This document shows positions 1 through 8,658 of a stretch of DNA of 61,708 nucleotides, in pieces. This stretch comes from an uncultured Desulfopila sp. GTDB lineage: Bacteria > Desulfobacterota > Desulfobulbia > Desulfobulbales > Desulfocapsaceae. The notes under the pieces are model-generated. The model saw only the letters and a program-made list of their open reading frames with translations. It ran no database searches and was not told the origin of the DNA. Position 1 is the stretch's first letter, and the number at the start of each line of letters is the position of its first letter. The stretch spans positions 1 to 61,708 of the forward strand of contig CAYTVF010000001.1 of NCBI GenBank assembly GCA_964441345.1, given 5' to 3'. The translations under genes were made by a program, and so were the position numbers.

Positions 1-13
1 TTAGAAAAATGGT

Positions 14-1558
14 TTAGGTGCCAGAGAAACTTCCTGCAAGTAAGGACTTCTGAAGTTTCTGCCTTGTCAAGACCGACTCGATTCCAAGCTTCGTAAATAA
101 AGGACGTGCTGCTTCTTTCAAAACAAATTTTGTCTGTTTCCCATCTAGTCCCAATTTGTAATCGATAGGAAGTTGAAATGCGAAATCGGAAACCCTATGA
201 TCCAGATATATAGGGCGAATTTCGAAACCGAAAGCACCGCATGACCTATCAACACTACATAAATGGTAATTTGACAGTCCTCCCCTTACTAGCCAGTCAA
301 AAAGATTCCGGCGATAATCTTGCTCATTTTCAAGGGCCGGAAATAGTTGGTTCACTACAGCCTCAATTTTACCCTTCCCGCCAAGAGCTATGTGTCTATT
401 TTTGATCCGGTCGGCAAATCCTCTTGGATGAGTATAGGTCCAGTAATATCCACCAAATAACTCGTCAGCCCCTTCTCCGGAAAATGCGACCTTGAAATCC
501 TTAGCGATCTCAGCGGAAAGGATGTGGAATGCTAGACCACCATGAATATCGAATATTCCACCTGCAATAGCATGCTCAAAATGATGGATGTAGTCAGGAA
601 TGAATTTTAGATACGTTTGTAGATCAACAGTTACTTCACGGTGCTCAATTCCGAGTGCTTTCGCGACTTTTCTTGCATAATGAAGATCTTCAGAATTTTT
701 ATCATCAGCTAGGGTATAAGTGACGGTGTCATAAGAGAGCTCTGCTGCAGCCAGGGATGTTATAAACGAAGAATCAATCCCACCTGACAAATAGAATGCC
801 TTTCGCTGTTTGCCATGTGCAAGTTGAGTTGAGAGAGCTTCTTGGAGGTATGTGCTTACTTTCTTTGCTGCAATACTGAACTCGCTTTTTAGAATCCTCC
901 CTTCTCCTTGAAAATACGCTGGCGGAATATCGTAAAACATTTCAATCTGAAGGCGCATACCATCAAAAGTGACCGTGTGCCCCGGTGGTACTTGATGAAT
1001 GTTCTTAAAAAGGGTTCGATCTTGTTGAAATACGTACCCGAACGTCATCAACCCTTCGAGAGCCTCGATATCAAGCTCAGAGGTTATTTCATAGATTTGA
1101 AGAAGGGCTTTAATCTCTGAAGCGAAGGCCAGACGACCTCCCATGACAGTGTAGTAAAGCGGTTTTATTCCAATCCGGTCTCTTGCAAGAACAACTTTAT
1201 TTGCTATGTCATCGACAATAGCAACTGCGAACATCCCACGGAGATAGGTTGGGAATTGCGTGCCGTATTTGATGTAAAGCTGCCTGATAGCCTCAATTTC
1301 AGTAGTTGCAATTGACGCGGCTGAGTCGATTGTGGTGTAATTATAAATTTCTCCGTTGAAGACTATGCCAACCCCTGCGCTTACGGCCGGTTGCGAGGCT
1401 TCAGCTCCTCCTTCTATCGCAAGACGAGCTGCACCAAGTACATGACGGCCGACAAGTTTGACATCAAATGCATCAGGACCTCGATGCGTTATAGCAGATG
1501 TCATTCGGTGGACAGTATCTAGAGACGAAAGCCCGTATAATCCGCTTATGCCGCACAT
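14..1558 (-). CDS. Asparagine synthetase B-like glutamine amidotransferase (possibly C-terminally shortened)
   Basis: N-terminal MCGI (Ntn Cys), HRGPD, FNGEIYN, RDRIGIKPLYY, LSGGIDSS PP-loop, SGEGADELFGGY. Ends soon after the R-Q-K motif. Confidence 0.9.
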   Translation of the reverse strand: MCGISGLYGLSSLDTVHRMTSAITHRGPDAFDVKLVGRHVLGAARLAIEGGAEASQPAVSAGVGIVFNGEIYNYTTIDSAASIATTEIEAIRQLYIKYGTQFPTYLRGMFAVAIVDDIANKVVLARDRIGIKPLYYTVMGGRLAFASEIKALLQIYEITSELDIEALEGLMTFGYVFQQDRTLFKNIHQVPPGHTVTFDGMRLQIEMFYDIPPAYFQGEGRILKSEFSIAAKKVSTYLQEALSTQLAHGKQRKAFYLSGGIDSSFITSLAAAELSYDTVTYTLADDKNSEDLHYARKVAKALGIEHREVTVDLQTYLKFIPDYIHHFEHAIAGGIFDIHGGLAFHILSAEIAKDFKVAFSGEGADELFGGYYWTYTHPRGFADRIKNRHIALGGKGKIEAVVNQLFPALENEQDYRRNLFDWLVRGGLSNYHLCSVDRSCGAFGFEIRPIYLDHRVSDFAFQLPIDYKLGLDGKQTKFVLKEAARPLFTKLGIESVLTRQKLQKSLLAGSFSGT

Positions 1559-2373
1559 GGAAGTCCGGCTCTCTTTATAACCTTCAATGCTTCAATTGCT
1601 CCCCAAAAGCAGTAGGCTGAACCTTCTTCGAGATAATGGCAAGGCCAGAGGCCATTTGGGAGTTGGTTCTGACCTAGCCAACCCAGCGCTTTTAAAAAAA
1701 CGTCATGATTCACAAGAGTAGGCCAGGCAGAAAGACCGATCAAAACAATGCCAGTACTCCACGGTTCGCTTCCGATTGGATGCCCTTTCCACGGTGCAAA
1801 ACCACCATCTGGGTTTTGTTCGTTAGCCAAATAACTTATGGTTTTGTCAATTAGCTCATTATTGTTTAGTGATAGTTTATTTTTCGCTGACGCACTCAGA
1901 AATAGAGCGCCCTTGTAGGTTAACTGTGCCGGTGCTGTAAGATCCTCTTTCCATTCATTTTCCAACCAGTTGATTGAACGGTCATCAGCCAGTTCTGGAA
2001 GAATTGTAAGCAACATTCCAGTAATTGGGATACGGGCAATGTCGCGGTAATTTCTTCCCCATGCACCTTCCTGAGTTTTCTGCCCGTTTAGCCAATTGAT
2101 ACTATTATTTCGGAGTATGGGGGAGCTAATATCCCAACCATTGAGTAAATCGAGAGCTGTTACTGCCCACATTGTTTCCTCAACATCGGTCCATCCGCCA
2201 TCAGAACGGCGTCCATAAAGATTATCAGGAACATTAATAATATTGCTAATTATAGACGAAGAATGCAGGAGGCATGACAGGACTCTCAGTCGCCGCAAGG
2301 TCTCAATGTTAGATGTAATAGTTCTTGTTAAAGCAAAGGAGATTTTAGAAATATCAGGATAATTATTAACCAC
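1546..2373 (-). CDS. Prenyltransferase/squalene-cyclase (QW-repeat, alpha/alpha toroid) protein
   Basis: Repeated QW-type motifs RRSDGGW, QKTQEGAW, QNPDGGF, QLPNGLW. No DxDD motif seen. Overlaps the asnB-like start. Confidence 0.75.
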   Translation of the reverse strand: MVNNYPDISKISFALTRTITSNIETLRRLRVLSCLLHSSSIISNIINVPDNLYGRRSDGGWTDVEETMWAVTALDLLNGWDISSPILRNNSINWLNGQKTQEGAWGRNYRDIARIPITGMLLTILPELADDRSINWLENEWKEDLTAPAQLTYKGALFLSASAKNKLSLNNNELIDKTISYLANEQNPDGGFAPWKGHPIGSEPWSTGIVLIGLSAWPTLVNHDVFLKALGWLGQNQLPNGLWPCHYLEEGSAYCFWGAIEALKVIKRAGLPCAA

Positions 2374-2395
2374 AATTTAGGTTATATGTTAACGT

Positions 2396-4174
2396 TTAAA
2401 TTGATTCTTCACGTTTAGAATTTGTTTTGGCATTTCTAATCGTAATTCTGAAAAGATCATCAGCTTTTATAAAATCCTTAACACCTTCAATTTCTTTTAC
2501 TTTATCATCAAAAGCAGCTTTGTGGTTTTTGCCATTGAAAGAAATTTCTATTAAAATTTTACCACCTTCATAGGATAGTTTTTCGAGAACTGCTCCATTT
2601 TCGATGTACTTTGCTCCAATGCGTCCTTCTTCTTGTATGCAATCACAGATATTCAAGAGTGAAGAGATAATATCGTCGTAAAATTTTATTTCAGGAATAA
2701 ATTTTCTTTCATTCATGCTCCTTGCAATTGGTTCATCTAAATATTTTTTATCTGCTTGTCCGGCCATAAATTTCCAGATGCCAGGATCATGCATCGCAAT
2801 AGCTTTATATGATGCAGTAAGAGCTCTTTTATCCAGTTTTTGTTTCGAGTTTATACTTATATATTTTGCTAGAGAAAGTGCAGACATCAATGCATGGTTT
2901 TTATCTTCAAGAATACGTTTATATATAAAGTCTAATAAAATATTGTCGATTTTCAAATCAAGTGAATTAATAATCGCCTTGGTAAAAATCATAAAGCCCT
3001 CTTTCACATAGGGCTCTGCTAATTGAAGGGTTGCATGTTCGGCTTTTTCACCGGTAAAATGTAAAGCTCCTTTAAAAAAAGTAGCCGACCATGTTTTAAA
3101 TTTTTCAACAGCATAAGCATAATCATGGTAGGTCGAAGCTATTAACCATGCATCCTCGATTCTATTTCCAAGTTTTTTCGTGAAATACCCAACTGGAATG
3201 GTATCGTATATCGCGTCAATTATATAAATTCCACATAAAAAAACCTGGAAAGCGTGCAGAAAATGATCACGATAACGTGGATTTAGCTTTAATATAGACT
3301 CGAAATCTTTGTGCAGATCAGGATAGACGAGTTCATATTTTCCCCAAAGTTCTTTTGTGACATTTAATGCCGACTCATAAGGATCCTTGTTTTCACGATA
3401 ATAATTGCTCGCGAATTTTTTCAAAATCCCTTTGTATCTTATATGTTTAAGTTCTGTGATTTTATTAAGCAGTTCGCCACTTACTGAAAACTCCTGGGAT
3501 CTTGGAACTAAATCCATTGCTCCATAGATAGGTTTCGGATAAAATACGAGATATTTAAGATCGTCGAAAGAAAAATCTTCTACTATGTTGGCAATTCGCT
3601 TCTTGTCACGATTATTAGTTTTCTTTCCAAGAATTGATTCTACTGCTGAGTTAAGCAAATTAAACCTTTCTTCAATTAGAGGAATAGGTGTAGTGCCATC
3701 AATTTTAACCTCAAAGTTATCATCATCTTTTTTGCTAACGACAAAAATTCCAATTCCGGAAGAGATGCATTTCTTTTTAAACTCCTGAAAATTGCTTGCG
3801 ATGGTACTATAGTCTGGAACAGCCCAATAAACTTGCGCTTTTTTAAAATAATGTCGGAAAAATAATCCGGAATTTGCATCTTTTATTTTTAATTTATTTT
3901 CGTCATCAGCAACATCAAATTCAATATCTTCAAAATATGAGCCCCCATCAATTTGTTTTTCAGATATGATATCAACAAAAATATGAGGTGATGCATCACT
4001 AGGATCAGGAGAGGTTATCCCTTTATGCTTTTTAATTGCGTAGATGGGCACACGAGCTGGTTTAAAATCATCACTATAAGGTGGCAAGACTTTATAGCCA
4101 AGTGTTGTTAGATGTGAAACCGTTGCATCAATCATTTGTGCTCTTGTATAATACTCAGACATCACAGCCCCCAT
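2396..4174 (-). CDS. HD-domain metal-dependent phosphohydrolase-like protein with a possible degenerate restriction-endonuclease-like N-terminal domain
   Basis: YRDHFLHAFQV, STYHDY, NHALMSA, AIAMHD, ICDCIQE give the H..HD..H..H..D pattern. N-terminal 'HLTTLGYKV...GIGIFVV' resembles a PD-(D/E)XK-fold outline (weak). Confidence 0.6.
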   Translation of the reverse strand: MGAVMSEYYTRAQMIDATVSHLTTLGYKVLPPYSDDFKPARVPIYAIKKHKGITSPDPSDASPHIFVDIISEKQIDGGSYFEDIEFDVADDENKLKIKDANSGLFFRHYFKKAQVYWAVPDYSTIASNFQEFKKKCISSGIGIFVVSKKDDDNFEVKIDGTTPIPLIEERFNLLNSAVESILGKKTNNRDKKRIANIVEDFSFDDLKYLVFYPKPIYGAMDLVPRSQEFSVSGELLNKITELKHIRYKGILKKFASNYYRENKDPYESALNVTKELWGKYELVYPDLHKDFESILKLNPRYRDHFLHAFQVFLCGIYIIDAIYDTIPVGYFTKKLGNRIEDAWLIASTYHDYAYAVEKFKTWSATFFKGALHFTGEKAEHATLQLAEPYVKEGFMIFTKAIINSLDLKIDNILLDFIYKRILEDKNHALMSALSLAKYISINSKQKLDKRALTASYKAIAMHDPGIWKFMAGQADKKYLDEPIARSMNERKFIPEIKFYDDIISSLLNICDCIQEEGRIGAKYIENGAVLEKLSYEGGKILIEISFNGKNHKAAFDDKVKEIEGVKDFIKADDLFRITIRNAKTNSKREESI

Positions 4175-4246
4175 ATAAATTCAAAAAGGGCAATCGAGAC
4201 GAGAACCACCCTATTAATAAATATATATACTGATACAATGAAGTTG

Positions 4247-4393
4247 TCAGCGGCAACCATGGCATGAAGAGCACTGTCTGCAGACGATTCTGTTACCATT
4301 TTTATTGATAATTTCTGTCGGGAATGTCATCTTCTCAACCTTCTCGATTTTTGGTTTTTGATATCTTTTCTCTTCTTTCAATTCTTTTTTCAT
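4247..4393 (-). CDS. Putative RiPP precursor peptide, 48 aa: MKKELKEEKRYQKPKIEKVEKMTFPTEIINKNGNRIVCRQCSSCHGCR (missing from the ORF track)
   Basis: Translated by hand. Its ATG overlaps the PqqD stop (ATGA) and follows GGAG. Charged leader with a YxxPxI RRE-type motif; C-terminal CxxCxxCxxC core; adjacent to PqqD and rSAM/SPASM genes. Confidence 0.85.
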   Translation of the reverse strand: MKKELKEEKRYQKPKIEKVEKMTFPTEIINKNGNRIVCRQCSSCHGCR

Positions 4394-4683
4394 TTTTCAG
4401 CTCCTTTGAAAAACAGCAGGCTGTTGTATTCTATTAAGAGAGGCAAACAATCTTCAGCTGCAACATTAGAATTAACACCGAAATAATCCGCAAACTCGAT
4501 CAATGCGGTTCTAACGGTTTTTATGTCTTTAAACAGGGATAGTAGATAAAAAGCTGAATGGTTCAAAGTGTACTGATCTCCACTTTCAATATTGAACGCC
4601 CAGTATTTATCTAACTCCGGGATACAATGTAATACTATAGAATCATCCAATTGAAGATTTGATTCTTTAACTATAACCAGCAT
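4390..4683 (-). CDS. PqqD family / RiPP recognition element (RRE) protein
   Basis: 97 aa; 'FNIESGDQYTLNHSAFYLLSLF...ALIEFADYFGV...AAEDCLPLL' matches the PqqD pattern; lies between the rSAM gene and the peptide. Confidence 0.8.
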   Translation of the reverse strand: MLVIVKESNLQLDDSIVLHCIPELDKYWAFNIESGDQYTLNHSAFYLLSLFKDIKTVRTALIEFADYFGVNSNVAAEDCLPLLIEYNSLLFFKGAEK

Positions 4684-5732
4684 TGAGGATCCTCACCTAA
4701 GTAATCACCAGAGCGAGCATATGCGACTGCACGACACCCCCTGCAAATTGGTACTAAGTCGCAGGTTCCACATTTCCCTTTAAGGTTCAGAGGGTTTCTT
4801 ATCTCCCACAAAAGCGAATTATCATACCAAATCTTGAAAAGACTGTCAGTTTTAAGGTTTCCTAGGGGAATTGGCAGACGGCGGCACGGCAAAATCGTCC
4901 CATCATGCATTAATGTCAGAGCATTGTTGCCAATGGAGCAAATTGCTCCTACTGTTGGGTCATTTTGATCAAGAATTGCGAAGAGTGGTCGGTACATCAG
5001 TACTCGAATCTTTCGAGGAGTTCTTCCAGCTTCATAAACGGTTTTGAAAACATCTCTTATTTCCCAAGATTCTAGGACCTCCGAAGATAGCGCTGATCCG
5101 GCACCCTCAGGGATAAATCTTTCTAGTGCGAATGTGTCAACTCCTTCGTTTTCGAGAAAGTTAATCAACTCTACGATCTTTGACATGTTTGATCGAAAGA
5201 CTGTGGTCATCACACTAACCTGGAGTCCTCGGAACTTCAAATTTCTTATCGCCCTGAGGGTTTTTTCGAACGATCCTTCTCCACGTATCATGTCGTTGAG
5301 TTCATCTGTAGGTCCTTCAAGTGACATCTGGACACGTCGAAGTTTTCGAAGATTTACTAAGTCTCCTGCAATCTCATCTGAAATAAGAGAACCGTTTGTA
5401 AGAATGTCGTAATATGCGGTGGTCGGTTGTGTGTCAAGATGGCGTGCGACAGCAAAGAGTGCTTCAGAGCGAATAAATGGTTCACCTCCAGTGATTGAGA
5501 ATGAACCTTTTTTCCCCCATTTAACTAGAGCTTCCGCCATCTTGTCAGCGGTCATCAAAAGTTCTGCGATGGACAGTTCGTTTATCCCTGAGTAGTTCTC
5601 ATGGTAGCAGTGGGAGCATCTGAGATTGCAACGTTCAGTTATGTGCCATTGGAAGTAGAATTCCTCATCTTCATGTGCATTTTGGCAGCTTAAAATTTGA
5701 ATATTTTCACTTTGATTAAAAATCATATCCAC
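4671..5732 (-). CDS. Radical SAM/SPASM domain peptide maturase
   Basis: CNLRCSHC (CX3CX2C), ITGGEP, and SPASM cysteines CSIG...PC...KCGTC...CRGCR...DPQC. Confidence 0.92.
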   Translation of the reverse strand: MDMIFNQSENIQILSCQNAHEDEEFYFQWHITERCNLRCSHCYHENYSGINELSIAELLMTADKMAEALVKWGKKGSFSITGGEPFIRSEALFAVARHLDTQPTTAYYDILTNGSLISDEIAGDLVNLRKLRRVQMSLEGPTDELNDMIRGEGSFEKTLRAIRNLKFRGLQVSVMTTVFRSNMSKIVELINFLENEGVDTFALERFIPEGAGSALSSEVLESWEIRDVFKTVYEAGRTPRKIRVLMYRPLFAILDQNDPTVGAICSIGNNALTLMHDGTILPCRRLPIPLGNLKTDSLFKIWYDNSLLWEIRNPLNLKGKCGTCDLVPICRGCRAVAYARSGDYLGEDPQCWL

Positions 5733-6234
5733 CAGTAATCACATATAAAATAGAGTAATCAGACACATTATTGCGTAATAATACTTCCCCGATCTACCAG
5801 TTACAAGTTGTTTGCGGTTGATGTGGCTCTAAAAAAAGAGGCTCAGGTTATATCGCATGAAGCTATTGCACATTTCGAAAAGAAATCATCGTTCCAAAGA
5901 GTTGTGTATGCAAGTCCACAAATTCTATAAGGTGGTAAAGAAGGGTAATTCACTTTGCCCTAGACAATCATTTGCAATCTGCTTTTCCACCCTAATTCAA
6001 ATTGACATGATCTTTAATGCTTATTCATCAACTTCCTCACACTTAACCCATTAACCTCATAATCAAAACGATCAACGGTTTTCTTGTCCTCCACAGATAC
6101 TTTTGGGTTTCTTTTATCAACTCCTTTAGGCCAAATACTATTGTTGCAATTGCCGCAACCCCTGACCACATAGGACTTGAGAGGATTTCAGGCATTCGCA
6201 TAATAATTCCACATCAAAGATAAACCTTAACCAT

Positions 6235-7116
6235 TTAAATAACACCAAACTCTTCAATCCATGGATAATCAGTTACAGCCATTTTCACAGCGCATCGTTT
6301 CGCCCCAGCAAATTCGGCAGTGTCCGCAATAGCTGTTTTTATCCCATTAATCGATGCATCAAATCTATTCTTTGAAACAAGGTCTGGATTCTCTCCCCTT
6401 GGATCCCATAACTTATAAGCAATATTAGCCTTTTGAAGCTCAGTGCGTATTTTTTGAATATGAGCAGCTCGCTTTCGTATTATCTCTACTTTATCCAAAT
6501 GATAAAGCCATACAGTCACTCTCAGCCTACATTTTTCTTTATCAGTAGGTGCTCGGCGCCATCCTGACAAGCATGGGTTACCATCTGGATCAAACCACAT
6601 TAAAGACGTATCGGAACACGAACATGGATCGAATGGTAGGACGTCTTCCGCTATAAGTCCCCACTCAGTCCCTTCATTCGCCCTTTTTCCATCTACTGGA
6701 AAAAAATCAGCTTTTCCACCTTCAGTTTCCTTGTCAACACGACGTTGATTTGAGTGCATGCAGGACAGTCGGAAATTTTTGGGTTCAAAAGCCAACCACC
6801 AGTAACCATTTTCTATTTTACTACCAGTTTTACAGAAGGTTTCCTTGTCAACCTCAAGGACTCGCCCTTTTGGGCGGAAATGATCAATATTTGGATCTGC
6901 TCCCTCAAGTGGCACCTCTGAGTACCAGCACTTATTTCCCACCTGCTGTCTTAACGCAGCCAATAAATCTGGATGTCCCCACGATTTACCGCAGTTATCC
7001 TCTATAAATTTGCTTCTCTTTTTTGGCTCTAACACCTTGAGTTCATCGAATAAACGGCGAGCTTCGTCTTCAAATCCAAGAGGGAAATGGATGTTGTCAG
7101 GATTAATAAAAATCAC
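6235..7116 (-). CDS. HNH endonuclease (PtuB/Septu-like partner)
   Basis: KCWYSE...IDHFRPKG...YWWLAF...NFRLSCMHSN. Start overlaps the ATPase stop. Confidence 0.75.
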   Translation of the reverse strand: MIFINPDNIHFPLGFEDEARRLFDELKVLEPKKRSKFIEDNCGKSWGHPDLLAALRQQVGNKCWYSEVPLEGADPNIDHFRPKGRVLEVDKETFCKTGSKIENGYWWLAFEPKNFRLSCMHSNQRRVDKETEGGKADFFPVDGKRANEGTEWGLIAEDVLPFDPCSCSDTSLMWFDPDGNPCLSGWRRAPTDKEKCRLRVTVWLYHLDKVEIIRKRAAHIQKIRTELQKANIAYKLWDPRGENPDLVSKNRFDASINGIKTAIADTAEFAGAKRCAVKMAVTDYPWIEEFGVI

Positions 7117-8657
7117 TCCTCTACACCTCCTGCCCCCTCAAAAAGAATGGCAGCCAAGCGCTCGACCGTCACTCGCTTCAGATCATGCTCTTGATCTGAA
7201 TTCATAACCCTGTCCATAGCTACCTCATAAGCAAGCTTGGCTATATTACGGTACGGATCTGGCGAAGTATCTGTGGGCGCAAGGTCAGGTACAAGTTTGC
7301 GAAGTCGGGCGAGGTGTGTTTGACGGTTTGGGTGATCCTTATTCGATGAAATTTCATAGATTCTTTTTAGAACACGCAAACTGAATGGATCAAGCTGGCT
7401 TTCCAACCCAAACAATGGACTAGTAAGTACTCCAGAAACTCCCCTTCCTCTGGGACTTTCTTCTGGTTCTGTCGAAATTATTTTACCTTTTGAATTACGG
7501 TAAAGGACTCGAATTTCCTCTTTTCGAAGTCCTGAGACAAGAAGCGGGTCGTGAGTAGCAAGAATGGTGTGGCTGTCTTTATCAATCCCTCCAATTTTTC
7601 TGAGGCGATCAAGGTATTCGACACCCCACGCAGGATTGAGATGAGTATCTGGTTCGTCAAGAAGATAGAGAGAACTTGCATTCCGAGTAAATCGCATCAA
7701 ACCTAGAACTGTTAATAGTTGTTGCTCTCCTTCGCTGAGTTGACGTGAATGAATAGCTCCTTTAGCACCTTTGACTCTCACTTTGACTCGGAAAGAATCA
7801 TCGTCAATTAGCTCACTCAGTCTCATGGTATCCAAAGCTTGAAAAAATTCCCCTGGATCATTACCGTACTCGCTCGCTAAAGCATGTAACGCTTCAAGAT
7901 CTGGCAAATAGAGATATATAAACTCCTTTGTTTCCCGTTTACTGAAACTGGTTTTTACAGATGCTTTTGTGGAAAATGGAGCAAGGCTGTGGCGCTTTAT
8001 AGCCTCCAATAGATCACGAACTGGCCCTTTAGCTCCCCAGAAATCTTCGGCTATTGAACCCTTTCTTGCCCAAGACGGCTTTGTCAAGGAAATCAGAACA
8101 GAGTCAAATCCTTCAATTCTGGGAAGTTCATTCAGGAATTTTTCAACCTCATGATCATTTGAAAGATAAAACGCCAAGAGAGAAAAAAGACCATGGATTG
8201 GTCTGGCATAAATGAATTTGCGCAGATCTAATTTTTCTTGATTACTGCTGTCAACTAAGGTCTTTTGTAACGCTTGCTTATCGTACTTATAAAATAGTTC
8301 TCTGAATCGGTCACTTGACCCAGAATAGTAGCCAACCACGTAACGAGGAAGCAGGTTGTCATGAACATCTTTTAAGCTCGTTTTTTTTCCATCTACCAAT
8401 GCCAATGGATTTTTATCTGTTTCGCCATTAAGATGAACATGTTTGTCAAAGATATCATACTCAATTTCGTAGGCAAAAGGTAATGCTTCCAGAGAATCCA
8501 GAGCTTTAAAAATATGAATGAGCACCTCAAGGAGATTACTTTTCGCCGATCCATTGCGACCAATAAGTACCGAGACATCAAAGCCTTCATCAAAATCTAT
8601 ATCGAAACCTTCAAGGTTTTTCCAAGAGCTTTTGATTTTTAGCTTATCTATTCGCAT
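7113..8657 (-). CDS. ABC-type (AAA_21-like) ATPase, PtuA-like / restriction-system-associated
   Basis: Walker A variant GRNGSAKS, signature LSEGEQQ, Walker B LLDEPDTHLNP, H-loop ATHDP. Starts 1 nt after the hsdS stop. Confidence 0.85.
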   Translation of the reverse strand: MRIDKLKIKSSWKNLEGFDIDFDEGFDVSVLIGRNGSAKSNLLEVLIHIFKALDSLEALPFAYEIEYDIFDKHVHLNGETDKNPLALVDGKKTSLKDVHDNLLPRYVVGYYSGSSDRFRELFYKYDKQALQKTLVDSSNQEKLDLRKFIYARPIHGLFSLLAFYLSNDHEVEKFLNELPRIEGFDSVLISLTKPSWARKGSIAEDFWGAKGPVRDLLEAIKRHSLAPFSTKASVKTSFSKRETKEFIYLYLPDLEALHALASEYGNDPGEFFQALDTMRLSELIDDDSFRVKVRVKGAKGAIHSRQLSEGEQQLLTVLGLMRFTRNASSLYLLDEPDTHLNPAWGVEYLDRLRKIGGIDKDSHTILATHDPLLVSGLRKEEIRVLYRNSKGKIISTEPEESPRGRGVSGVLTSPLFGLESQLDPFSLRVLKRIYEISSNKDHPNRQTHLARLRKLVPDLAPTDTSPDPYRNIAKLAYEVAMDRVMNSDQEHDLKRVTVERLAAILFEGAGGVEE

Positions 8658-8658
8658 C

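Noticed and set aside
1546-2373. Squalene-hopene cyclase
   Set aside because: Only 275 aa (single domain) and no DxDD motif.
14-4683. Lasso peptide cluster (YxxP leader + RRE + AsnB-like cyclase)
   Set aside because: The AsnB-like protein keeps the N-terminal Cys glutaminase domain, no transglutaminase-like B2 peptidase is present in the window, and the Cys-rich core with an rSAM/SPASM fits thioether chemistry better.
5733-8657. Retron (Ec78-like) with msr-msd in the intergenic region
   Set aside because: No reverse transcriptase in the window and no convincing a1/a2 inverted repeat seen.
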